From assembly GCA_016930875.1 (NCBI GenBank), contig JAFGFW010000026.1:1755-65754 (forward strand): 64,000 bases of DNA. Direction: 5' to 3'. Positions 25,820 to 34,436 of this stretch are shown one piece after another; position 1 is the first letter of the stretch, and the number at the start of each line of letters is the position of its first letter. The stretch comes from Deltaproteobacteria bacterium. Its GTDB lineage: Bacteria; Desulfobacterota; Desulfobacteria; Desulfobacterales; C00003060. The notes below the pieces were generated by a model. That model worked only from the letters and a program-made list of their open reading frames with translations, was not told where the DNA came from and did no database searches. The position numbers and the translations under genes were made by a program.

Positions 25820-26629
25820 TCACAGAGCTATAATGGCAATTCCGTGCTGATCGGCAAGCGCCACCATCTCTTCCGCATCAAAAACCACGGTCTTCGCTGC
25901 CTCAACAGCCAATACAGAAGCGCCGACATCACTCATGATCTGAACAGTCTCGACACCCACGGCAGGCATATCAAATCTCATATCCTGGTTGGGCTTGCTC
26001 GCTTTCACAACTACCGTTTTTTCCCGTCCCAGCTGCCCTCCTCGCCGTATAGTGGCATCCGTACCGTCAATTGCTTCAACCGCCATCACCGACCCGTCGC
26101 GAACCACTACAGTCTGGCCAATATCTAACCTGCCAATCTCCTTGACTATGCTCCATCCGAAACGCACATCAGCCATTTCAGACCTGGAGGGTTTTCTCTG
26201 TGTCCAGCATCCGTTCCGGGCCAAGAGTTCCGGGAGCAAAAAAGTGGCTGCGCGGATAACAATCCCTTCTTTTTCCAACTCTCCGGCAAAGGCTCGCAGG
26301 ATGCCATCATCTTGTGTGTGATTCACACTGGCCAGAACTTTCAGGGCTCTTAGGTCCGGCCTGACATCTGAAAACATCCTGGTCTTTGTTATTGCCCCCG
26401 CCATTGCCGCATCCTTTACGCCATGACCGTTAAAGAAGGCAATAAGGGATTTCAGTTGCCCTAACTTGATCCACTTTATCGCCTCAACAAAGGTCTCCAA
26501 TCGAGGCTCTGTTTCTCCAGCATGGGCAACGGCGTATACCTGCAAACCCTTTTCCCTGGCTGCCTTTGAAAAAATAATGGGGAACTGTCCGCTCCCCGCA
26601 ATGAGTCCCACACGTTTCATAGTAGTCAC
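25820..26629 (-). CDS. lpxI: UDP-2,3-diacylglucosamine diphosphatase LpxI family (DUF1009)
   Basis: 269 aa; RVGLIAGSGQFPIIF N-terminus and DMPAVGVETV C-terminal region typical of DUF1009/LpxI; sits between lpxA and lpxB; start GTG 26629 or ATG 26620. Confidence 0.75.
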   Translation of the reverse strand: MTTMKRVGLIAGSGQFPIIFSKAAREKGLQVYAVAHAGETEPRLETFVEAIKWIKLGQLKSLIAFFNGHGVKDAAMAGAITKTRMFSDVRPDLRALKVLASVNHTQDDGILRAFAGELEKEGIVIRAATFLLPELLARNGCWTQRKPSRSEMADVRFGWSIVKEIGRLDIGQTVVVRDGSVMAVEAIDGTDATIRRGGQLGREKTVVVKASKPNQDMRFDMPAVGVETVQIMSDVGASVLAVEAAKTVVFDAEEMVALADQHGIAIIAL

Positions 26630-26641
26630 TGGTGACCAACC

Positions 26642-27415
26642 TTACCTTGTTATCCCCCGTTGAGAAGACTTGATGAACTCTATTAATGCAACAACCTCCG
26701 GGATTTGATCGACCTCCGCGACGACCCTCTCCATTGCTTCGTTCAGGGTCAACCCCAGGCGGAACAAAATGCGGTAGGCCCTTTTCAGGGCCCGAATCTT
26801 CTCCGCTTCAAAATGATGCCGCTTCAGCCCTACGATATTCATTCCGTGAAGTTTCGCCCGTGGCGAGCCTGAGGCAAGCACGTAGGGCGGGATATCTTTT
26901 GTCACACCGCTGACAGCCCCAACAAAGGCATAATCTCCAATCCGCACAAACTGATGGACAGCAACAAAAGCGCCCACGGTCGCAAAGTCCCCCACCTGAA
27001 TGTGGCCACCCAGGCTTGCGGCATTGGCAAAAATCACCTTGCGGCCCGTGGAACAATCATGGGCTATGTGGGTATAGGCCATCAAGAAATTCTCTTCCCC
27101 AATTTCAGTGATTCCCCCGCCGAACTCGGTTCCCCTGTGAATTGTCACGAATTCTCGAATAATCGTTCCACGACCGATTTTTACGAATGTCTTTTCCCCT
27201 TTGTATCTTACGGCCTGAGGCACGGCGCCAATTGCTGCGTGTTGAAATATCTTACAATTCTGCCCAATGGTTGTGTACCGGTCAATCGTCACATGGGAGC
27301 CGATTGTGGCGCCGGCATGTATCTGAACATCACCGGCTATGACAGAATAGGGCCCGATTTCAACATCGGCATCTATCTCAGCGCTAGGATCAACCACGGC
27401 CGTGGCATGTATCAT
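26642..27415 (-). CDS. lpxA: acyl-ACP:UDP-N-acetylglucosamine O-acyltransferase
   Basis: 257 aa; [14 protein letters not shown] start, left-handed beta-helix hexapeptide repeats, C-terminal helical domain. Confidence 0.9.
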   Translation of the reverse strand: MIHATAVVDPSAEIDADVEIGPYSVIAGDVQIHAGATIGSHVTIDRYTTIGQNCKIFQHAAIGAVPQAVRYKGEKTFVKIGRGTIIREFVTIHRGTEFGGGITEIGEENFLMAYTHIAHDCSTGRKVIFANAASLGGHIQVGDFATVGAFVAVHQFVRIGDYAFVGAVSGVTKDIPPYVLASGSPRAKLHGMNIVGLKRHHFEAEKIRALKRAYRILFRLGLTLNEAMERVVAEVDQIPEVVALIEFIKSSQRGITR

Positions 27416-27858
27416 GAGTTTTCTCCTATCATGGCCATCACTTCTGCCTCCGCAACGAGTCTTCGGTGCACAGTAGCCTTGCCCGACATTCTGGAAACAT
27501 TGCCGCGTCTCTTGGTCCAGACTACCTCAATGTCGAGCTGGTCTCCGGGAACGACCGGTTTTCTGAAACGCGCCTTGTCAATGCCCATAAAATAGATGCC
27601 ACCTTTCCTCTTATCCTCCGGAAGCGAAGCGTACACAAGGACACCGCCTGCCTGCGCCATAGCCTCAACAATGAGCACACCTGGCATAACAGGGGTCCCC
27701 GGAAAGTGGCCCTGGAAAAACGGTTCATTCATGGTCACGTTTTTTAGCGCAACGATACGTTTGTCTGGCTCTATCTCTACGACCCGATCAACCAGAATAA
27801 ACGGGTATCTGTGGGGCAACAACTCCATGATCTTTCTGATGTCATATACCGTTTCCAT
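27412..27858 (-). CDS. fabZ: 3-hydroxyacyl-ACP dehydratase
   Basis: 148 aa; [11 protein letters not shown] and [23 protein letters not shown] motifs; 4-nt ATGA overlap with lpxA. Confidence 0.9.
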   Translation of the reverse strand: METVYDIRKIMELLPHRYPFILVDRVVEIEPDKRIVALKNVTMNEPFFQGHFPGTPVMPGVLIVEAMAQAGGVLVYASLPEDKRKGGIYFMGIDKARFRKPVVPGDQLDIEVVWTKRRGNVSRMSGKATVHRRLVAEAEVMAMIGENS

Positions 27859-27880
27859 ATGTCATTCCTTTAGGCGCTTC

Positions 27881-28903
27881 CTATGATTCCTCCAGTTCCT
27901 CAATTCGCCTTTCCAGCTCTCTAATCTTCTTTTTCATATCCGGCAGCTTTGTAATGATATTCGATGTCTTCAACCACAACCGATGAGGCATGCTCGGGCT
28001 CCCGGAAACAATCACACCGTCAGGTATCGATTTGCCGACCCCCGATTGCCCACCCACAATCACACGGTTTCCAATGGTGAGATGTTGCGCCACCCCGGCC
28101 TGCCCAGCAAGGATAGCGTGGTCTCCAATCGTCACACTGCCTGAAATGCCAACTTGCGCAACAAGCACCGTATCCTCGCCCACGACAACATTGTGTGCAA
28201 TATGGACGAGATTATCAGTCTTTACGCCCCGTTTGATCCAGGTCCGCCCAAAGGTGGCCCGGTCGATGGTATTGCAAGCCCCAATCTCAACATCATCATC
28301 AATACGCACAATACCGGTTTGAGGAATCTTATAGTACTTGTCGCCATCAGAGGCAAAGCCAAAGCCATCGCTCCCGATTACAGCACCCGCATGGATGACC
28401 ACCCTGTTGCCGATTTGACAGCCTTTCAGAATGGATACATTGGGATTGACAACCACATCATTTCCCATCTCCACGCTGCTGCCAATTACGACTCCAGGAT
28501 ACAAAGTGACGCGATCACCCAGGGTCACATCATCTCCAATGAATACACCCGGATATGCTGAGATTTCCTTGCCGCACCTGAAGTTTTTGCCCACACTGGC
28601 CTGATGGCTGATTCCAATCCCGGATTGAGGAAGCGTGTGGAACAAGCTCGAAACCTTTGCCAAGGCCAAATAGGGATTTGCGACCCGCACAAGGATCTTA
28701 TTAGCCTCGTGAATCTCCAACGGAACAATCACTGCGCTGGCCCTGGTTTCATCAATCCGTTTCTTGTAATCCGCGGATGCGGCAAAACTAATATCATCCG
28801 GACCGGCTTCGTCAAACCCTGCAACACCGCGAATGATGCAATCACCGGGGCCCACGAGTTCCCCCTCGACCAAATCAGCAATCTTCCGGACAGGCAGTTC
28901 CAT
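27881..28903 (-). CDS. lpxD: UDP-3-O-acylglucosamine N-acyltransferase
   Basis: hexapeptide-repeat protein with LpxD N-terminal domain; start set at ATG 28903 ([12 protein letters not shown]); track ORF extends to TTG 28936. Confidence 0.9.
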   Translation of the reverse strand: MELPVRKIADLVEGELVGPGDCIIRGVAGFDEAGPDDISFAASADYKKRIDETRASAVIVPLEIHEANKILVRVANPYLALAKVSSLFHTLPQSGIGISHQASVGKNFRCGKEISAYPGVFIGDDVTLGDRVTLYPGVVIGSSVEMGNDVVVNPNVSILKGCQIGNRVVIHAGAVIGSDGFGFASDGDKYYKIPQTGIVRIDDDVEIGACNTIDRATFGRTWIKRGVKTDNLVHIAHNVVVGEDTVLVAQVGISGSVTIGDHAILAGQAGVAQHLTIGNRVIVGGQSGVGKSIPDGVIVSGSPSMPHRLWLKTSNIITKLPDMKKKIRELERRIEELEES

Positions 28904-28944
28904 TCTTCGTAACTTGTTATTTGTGGAAGTTCTCAAATGCCACC

Positions 28945-29514
28945 CTATTCCTTCTTCGATTCTGAAGCTGGATTCTCCTCTTTCTGACGTTTCGCATCCA
29001 GGGCATTATATTCCTCTATGACCTTATCCGTAATGTCAATGGCATTGGGCGCATAGACAACACCTCCCAGCCGGTGTTCAAGAATCAGCAGGTAGCCCCC
29101 TTGCTTTCCTATGTCTTCAACAATCTGAAAAACGTCTTTTTTGATCCGATCGGAAAGCTTAAGGTTCAGTTCTTTCAATATGTCCAGATACCGTTTTCGG
29201 AGGGATCTTAAGTCGTTCATTTTGATCCGCAGGCTCCGCTCTTTCTCCTCACGGGCCTCTTGGCTCATGACCAAAGCCTTCTGTTCCAAAGTCTTCTTTA
29301 GCTCTTCAACCTCAGCCTCCTTCTCTTTCAGGACCTGCTCCATCTTCATTCCTTGACTCTTAATCTCAACTGCTGATCGTTTGCCGGCATTGGATGTATC
29401 AATGACTCTCTGGAAATCGATAATCCCTATCTTCGCCACCTCTGCCCCGAAAGCGGTTCCACAAAAGAAAAACAGAAAAAGGGCAAAAACTGAGACTACG
29501 TTGCGCATCTTCAT
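28945..29514 (-). CDS. skp: OmpH/Skp family periplasmic chaperone
   Basis: 189 aa; signal peptide, Lys/Glu-rich coiled-coil core; canonical position between bamA and lpxD. Confidence 0.8.
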   Translation of the reverse strand: MKMRNVVSVFALFLFFFCGTAFGAEVAKIGIIDFQRVIDTSNAGKRSAVEIKSQGMKMEQVLKEKEAEVEELKKTLEQKALVMSQEAREEKERSLRIKMNDLRSLRKRYLDILKELNLKLSDRIKKDVFQIVEDIGKQGGYLLILEHRLGGVVYAPNAIDITDKVIEEYNALDAKRQKEENPASESKKE

Positions 29515-29536
29515 GAATAACCTCCTTGTTGGTAAT

Positions 29537-29578
29537 TAGTCACTGGTCATTGGTATCGGGTAGCGATGGCCAATGACT
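29537..29578. repeat. heptad-periodic tract (6 units) at the bamA-skp junction
   Basis: TAGTCAC TGGTCAT TGGTATC GGGTAGC GATGGCC AATGACT; TCATTGG/CCAATGA can pair; overlaps the bamA stop. Confidence 0.65.
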
Positions 29579-32213
29579 AAAACGCCATACCCATGGTAAA
29601 CTCCCATCCACCTTCGCCTTTGCGTTCAGAATCCAGGATGTAGCCATACTCCAAACGTATCGGTCCTATGGGTGAGTACCACCGAAACCCATAACCTATG
29701 CTCTTTCTAAGGCTCCCGAGGTTTAGGCTCTCTCCATTATCATAGACATTTCCCGTATCGTAGAAAAGAACTCCTCTCAACCCGGATTTCTTTATGATCG
29801 GAAAGAGAAACTCCACGTTAAACTGCACCATCTTGTTCCCACCGATCTTATCATCCGTTGCCGGGTCCCTCGGACTGATCTCTCGCCAGTCATAACCACG
29901 CACCGACCCCATGCCGCCTAAGTAAAAACGCTCCCATGTGGGCACTTTGCCGGCAGCGTCCCCGTTAATGAAGCCAGTGCGGCCATGTAGCACGCCGACT
30001 GTATCCCAGAAGAGGGGGATATACCATCCAGAGTCCGCAATATACTTGGTAAACCCAATATCTCCGCCAAAGGGTGTTCCTGCATGTTTCACTGTAAGGC
30101 TGTTGTCCGAACCCCGCGTGGCGTTGAAAATCCGATCCCTTGAATCCCGGCGTATTGTGCCGGTCACAGTATGCCCGATATTTGTCCCTTTGAATTCCTG
30201 GATGGAAGTCGAAGCGTCACTCGTAAGATTTTCGATCTCAGCCCGGTCATAGTTATAAGACAAATATGCCCTGCTATAATCAAAGACCGGATAGCTGGCC
30301 CGAAAAGTTGCCCCAATGCTGTCTTTGTCATAGGTATCGTAGTCCTTGTCCGTGTTGTAAAGATCAACACCGGCTGTCAGAGGAATATCAAAAAGCCATG
30401 GTTCGGTGAAGCTGAATGTGTAAGTGGAGGTTCTGCTGCCAAGCTGGCCCCTGAGGCCCAAGGTCTGTCCTCTGCCAAACAGGTTCCTCTGTGAAATCGA
30501 TACCATACAAAACAAGCGATCCACTGAGCTGTACCCGCCGCCAAAGCTGAATGCGCCGGTGGGCTTCTCGGTCACATCGATCTTGACAACCATCTTATCT
30601 TCTGCGGTTCCCTGTGTGGTATCGAGCTTTATGTCTTCAAAATAATCAAGGCGATAAAGGTTTCGTGTCCCCCTCTTTAAACGTTTCCCGCTAAAGAGTT
30701 CCTGCTCGTACACATTTAACTCTCTACGAAGGACCTTATCACGCGTCTTGGTATTACCCGCAATAATGATCCTTTCAAAATAGACCGGCGGCCCCTTGTT
30801 TATGACATAAGTGATATTGGTCCTATGTTCTTCGAGCTCCTGGGCAATACGTGGAGAAATATCTGCGTATGCATAACCCTCGTCGGAGTAAAGGTCGCCC
30901 AAAGCAAGGATGTCTGCCCTTAACACTTCTCGGTTATACATCTTTTCCTTGTTGATCCGTATGTTCTCAAGCAACGTCTCTTCCGGCTGAATCAGATCGC
31001 CTTCAATCTTCACCTTTCCAACCTTAAACTGGGGCCCCTCTTCTATCTTGACAGCGACATCAATCCGGTTCTTCTCATAAGTAAGATGAGGTTCGCCAAC
31101 TCTTGCCTGAATATATCCATGATTGTGATAATAAGCAGCTATCTTTGATATGTCTTGCTCCAGGACCTCACGATCCAAATCCCCTGATGAGGTAATCCAC
31201 GAAAAGAAACCCTTCTCTTTTGTCTTCATCAGACCCTTCAACATATCGTCATCATAGGCGCTGTTTCCCTCAAAAGAGATGGTCTTGACAAAAACCTTTC
31301 CACCCTCTTCAATGACAAACTCAACATTGGCACGATTCTCTGACACAGACTCTATCTCGTAACTAACTTCGACCTGGTGATAACCTTTTTCCTTGTAAAG
31401 CCTCCTAATTTCCCCCAGGTCGCTCTGAAGCGTGTTGACATTCAAGATAGACCCCGGTCTCGTGCCAACAATCTCCTTGATCTCTTCATCATCGAATTTC
31501 CTGTTCCCTCTTATCATTATGTGGCGTATTGTTTCCTTTTCTTCAACCTCAAAGGTAACCACCTTCCCCTCAGGTGTGCTGCTGACGTCCACGCGAATAT
31601 CACCAAAATAACCCATCTTATAAATTGATTTCACATCATCTCTGAGGACCTTTGCCAAATAGATATCACCATTCTTGATCTTAAGAACTCTCTTGATAGC
31701 TTCGGCTTCTATCCGTTTGTTTCCTGCTATCACGACCTCTGCCACTTGCTCTCGCTTGAATATCCTAATGCCGATGTCCTGCGCCAGCCTCCGAACAGAA
31801 TCTAGGAGGTTCTCAATGCCCTCCCCTTCCACATAAAGCGTCTGTGGAGGGGTCTTCCCGAAGGATTCTATAACCTTGGCATCCAGGCTGTACCTTGTTC
31901 CAATCTGCGTGAAACTTCCGAGCACGACAAAGTCGGCTGCCGTATCAACCCCCATATCCCGGAAATACTTCAGACCAAGGCCTTCGGTCTTCTTTGGCGC
32001 TGCCTCAGCCAGGGCCAGGGGCTCCACCACTGTAACCCCTTCATCCGTCAGTTGCTGGGAAACCAGTCTCCGAATCCGGTCCTTAAGGGAATCAAGGCTT
32101 TCATGCGCATGCACATCAAATGGAAAAACTAAGACACGCACAGCCTCCTGGGCCATGACTGTCGTCTGGAAGGAAAACAGAAAAAGAGTGATCAGTAAAC
32201 ATCGTCTGAACAT
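29577..32213 (-). CDS. bamA: outer membrane protein assembly factor BamA with N-terminal extension
   Basis: 878 aa; signal peptide, POTRA repeats, C-terminal beta-barrel ending ...FTMGMAF; ~165 extra N-terminal residues precede POTRA1. Confidence 0.9.
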   Translation of the reverse strand: MFRRCLLITLFLFSFQTTVMAQEAVRVLVFPFDVHAHESLDSLKDRIRRLVSQQLTDEGVTVVEPLALAEAAPKKTEGLGLKYFRDMGVDTAADFVVLGSFTQIGTRYSLDAKVIESFGKTPPQTLYVEGEGIENLLDSVRRLAQDIGIRIFKREQVAEVVIAGNKRIEAEAIKRVLKIKNGDIYLAKVLRDDVKSIYKMGYFGDIRVDVSSTPEGKVVTFEVEEKETIRHIMIRGNRKFDDEEIKEIVGTRPGSILNVNTLQSDLGEIRRLYKEKGYHQVEVSYEIESVSENRANVEFVIEEGGKVFVKTISFEGNSAYDDDMLKGLMKTKEKGFFSWITSSGDLDREVLEQDISKIAAYYHNHGYIQARVGEPHLTYEKNRIDVAVKIEEGPQFKVGKVKIEGDLIQPEETLLENIRINKEKMYNREVLRADILALGDLYSDEGYAYADISPRIAQELEEHRTNITYVINKGPPVYFERIIIAGNTKTRDKVLRRELNVYEQELFSGKRLKRGTRNLYRLDYFEDIKLDTTQGTAEDKMVVKIDVTEKPTGAFSFGGGYSSVDRLFCMVSISQRNLFGRGQTLGLRGQLGSRTSTYTFSFTEPWLFDIPLTAGVDLYNTDKDYDTYDKDSIGATFRASYPVFDYSRAYLSYNYDRAEIENLTSDASTSIQEFKGTNIGHTVTGTIRRDSRDRIFNATRGSDNSLTVKHAGTPFGGDIGFTKYIADSGWYIPLFWDTVGVLHGRTGFINGDAAGKVPTWERFYLGGMGSVRGYDWREISPRDPATDDKIGGNKMVQFNVEFLFPIIKKSGLRGVLFYDTGNVYDNGESLNLGSLRKSIGYGFRWYSPIGPIRLEYGYILDSERKGEGGWEFTMGMAF

Positions 32214-32221
32214 AGCGGCCT

Positions 32222-32911
32222 TTAACCTATCGGTACCGCCTTGCCATCTATCAGGGTCATCTGGCGAGACAGTCTCTCAGCTAACTTCATGTTGTGAGTC
32301 ACAATCACGGCTGTTATTCCATCATCGCGGTTTAATGACATCAAGAGGTCATGAATGGTTTCACTGGTTCTGGGATCCAAATTGCCAGTGGGTTCGTCCG
32401 CCAACAGAATTATTGGTTTTAACACCAAAGATCTTGCTACAGCAACCCTCTGTTGCTCTCCACCTGAAAGTTCGCCCACCGCGTGTTTGAGTCTATCCTT
32501 GAGGCCCATTCGCACCAAGATGCCTTCAGCCAGTTCGCATGCCTTCTTAGCACTCACGCCCTTGATCAAGGCAGGCATCATTGCGTTTTCCAAGGCGTTA
32601 AACTCCGGGAGCAGATGGTGGAACTGGAAAACAAAGCCAATGGTCTGATTGCGAAAAGAGGCCAGCCCTTCATCATCGTAATCAAAAACGTTTTTCCCTT
32701 CAAAGAAAACCTCCCCCGAGTCAGGTCGCTCCAGAGTCCCCAGCACATGAAGTAAGGTCGACTTGCCCACACCGGAAGCGCCCACTATGGCGACCATCTC
32801 TCCATGCCATATTTGCAAACACACACTCCGTAATACATCTACCCGGTTACCATTTGTGACGAACGACTTGTTGACGTCTGCCACCTTTATCAAAGGTTCC
32901 TGGCTACTCAT
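32222..32911 (-). CDS. lolD: lipoprotein-releasing system ATP-binding protein
   Basis: 229 aa; Walker A GASGVGKST, signature LSGGEQQRV, Walker B ILLADEPT; 8-nt overlap with the upstream permease gene. Confidence 0.85.
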   Translation of the reverse strand: MSSQEPLIKVADVNKSFVTNGNRVDVLRSVCLQIWHGEMVAIVGASGVGKSTLLHVLGTLERPDSGEVFFEGKNVFDYDDEGLASFRNQTIGFVFQFHHLLPEFNALENAMMPALIKGVSAKKACELAEGILVRMGLKDRLKHAVGELSGGEQQRVAVARSLVLKPIILLADEPTGNLDPRTSETIHDLLMSLNRDDGITAVIVTHNMKLAERLSRQMTLIDGKAVPIG

Positions 32912-34160
32912 ATCTGATCGCTGAGGCTGGCTCCAACCGGGAAGCCTGATATGACGGATAAAGGGTAGCTAGAAAACTAATGGCCACAGCCGACAAAGCA
33001 ACAAGGATTACGTCAAGGACCTGCACTCTAACGGGCAGCGTGGAGATATAGTAGACATCGCTCGGAAGTTCAACAAATTGATATTTCTTTAGCAGAAAAC
33101 AGAGGATACCTCCTCCCATCAACCCAAGGATAGTGCCCAACGCACCAATTATGAGACCATCCATCACGAAAATTCTCCTTATGCTCTTTCCTGTTGCGCC
33201 CATAGACTTTAGAATGGCAATGTCTTTTCTTTTTTCCATGACCATCATAATCAAAGTACTGATGATATTAAAAGCAGCAACCAGAATAATCAAAACCAGG
33301 ATAATAGACATCACGACCTTCTCAAGTTTCAACGCCGAGAAGAAATTCTTGTTCATCTGCATCCAGTCCTGAGTCCAATAACCAGCGCCTAGACTCTCTA
33401 GAATTCTGCCGGAGATCTTATCAACACGGTAGATGTCGTCTACTTTCACCTCAATGCCATGAACAGAGTCTTTAAGCCTCAAGAGTTGCTGCGCTGCTTC
33501 GATAGAAACATAGGCAAATGATGTGTCGTAGTCATACATCCCCGAATTGAAGAGACCAACGACCCTGAATCTCTTCATATGAGGCACTCGAGCCCCAAGG
33601 GGCGCCAGGCTGCCACTTAACGGTGAGATGGCGTGAAGATCGTCTCCCGGATTTGCCATGAGCAGCCTGGCAAGCTCCTTTCCCAAGATGATTCCCGGAG
33701 GAAAACCCGTTCCCGTGTCAGTCTGTGGGTCCTCCATGCTTGCCAAGGCTTGTAAATCGCTCCCCTTCATACTCTTTTCCAGGTCCAACACGCGACCCGC
33801 TCTCAAAGGATCGATACCCTTCAAGACTGCGCCGGAAACGCAGGATCCGCAGCGAAGCATGATCTGGCTGTGAATGAAAGGAGCTGCGGCCTCTATCCCC
33901 TCCACCGCCTCAATTTTTTTCGTGACGTCGCCATACTGTGCCAGCTCGCCACTTCTGCTCATAACTCGGATATGAGCGTTCATTCCCAGTATTTTTGATT
34001 TGATATCAGCTCCAAACCCTGTCATGACGGCCAGAACAACCATCATGGCCATAACACCCAGCATAACTCCGGCAACCGATATAAACGTGTTAATTGAAAT
34101 AAAGGCCTGCTTTCGTTTGGCCCGAAGGTATCGAAAGCTCACAAAGAGTTCAAAAGACAT
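32904..34160 (-). CDS. lolC: lipoprotein-releasing system permease (LolC/E family)
   Basis: 418 aa; MSFELFVSFRYLRAKRKQAFIS N-terminus, periplasmic MacB-type domain, C-terminal FtsX fold. Confidence 0.85.
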   Translation of the reverse strand: MSFELFVSFRYLRAKRKQAFISINTFISVAGVMLGVMAMMVVLAVMTGFGADIKSKILGMNAHIRVMSRSGELAQYGDVTKKIEAVEGIEAAAPFIHSQIMLRCGSCVSGAVLKGIDPLRAGRVLDLEKSMKGSDLQALASMEDPQTDTGTGFPPGIILGKELARLLMANPGDDLHAISPLSGSLAPLGARVPHMKRFRVVGLFNSGMYDYDTSFAYVSIEAAQQLLRLKDSVHGIEVKVDDIYRVDKISGRILESLGAGYWTQDWMQMNKNFFSALKLEKVVMSIILVLIILVAAFNIISTLIMMVMEKRKDIAILKSMGATGKSIRRIFVMDGLIIGALGTILGLMGGGILCFLLKKYQFVELPSDVYYISTLPVRVQVLDVILVALSAVAISFLATLYPSYQASRLEPASAIRYE

Positions 34161-34335
34161 GGTTTACGTCTCGTAATTTCTACAACATATTGAATTTACA
34201 GGGAGCCGTTGAGGCTTGGATGTATGCCTCGCATCTGGAAAAATGAAATGCTGGTATATTGGAATCTCGAAGATCCCGTCTTTAGCGGGGTTGATTCTTG
34301 AAGAAAGTTTCCCATTTTTTGATTCTCCTGTCAAT

Positions 34336-34416
34336 CCGCCTCCGGCGGACCATTTGCCCAGGACCCCTGTCTGCCGACAGGCAGGCAATATTCCAACATT
34401 CTTGTATTCCAACATT
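34336..34416. repeat. intergenic hairpins plus 12-bp direct repeat
   Basis: CCGCC-tcc-GGCGG (34336-34348), CCTGTCTGCCGACAGGCAGG (34366-34385), TATTCCAACATT twice (34389-34400 and 34405-34416). Confidence 0.7.
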
Positions 34417-34436
34417 CCAATCTGGAGCGAAGCAAA

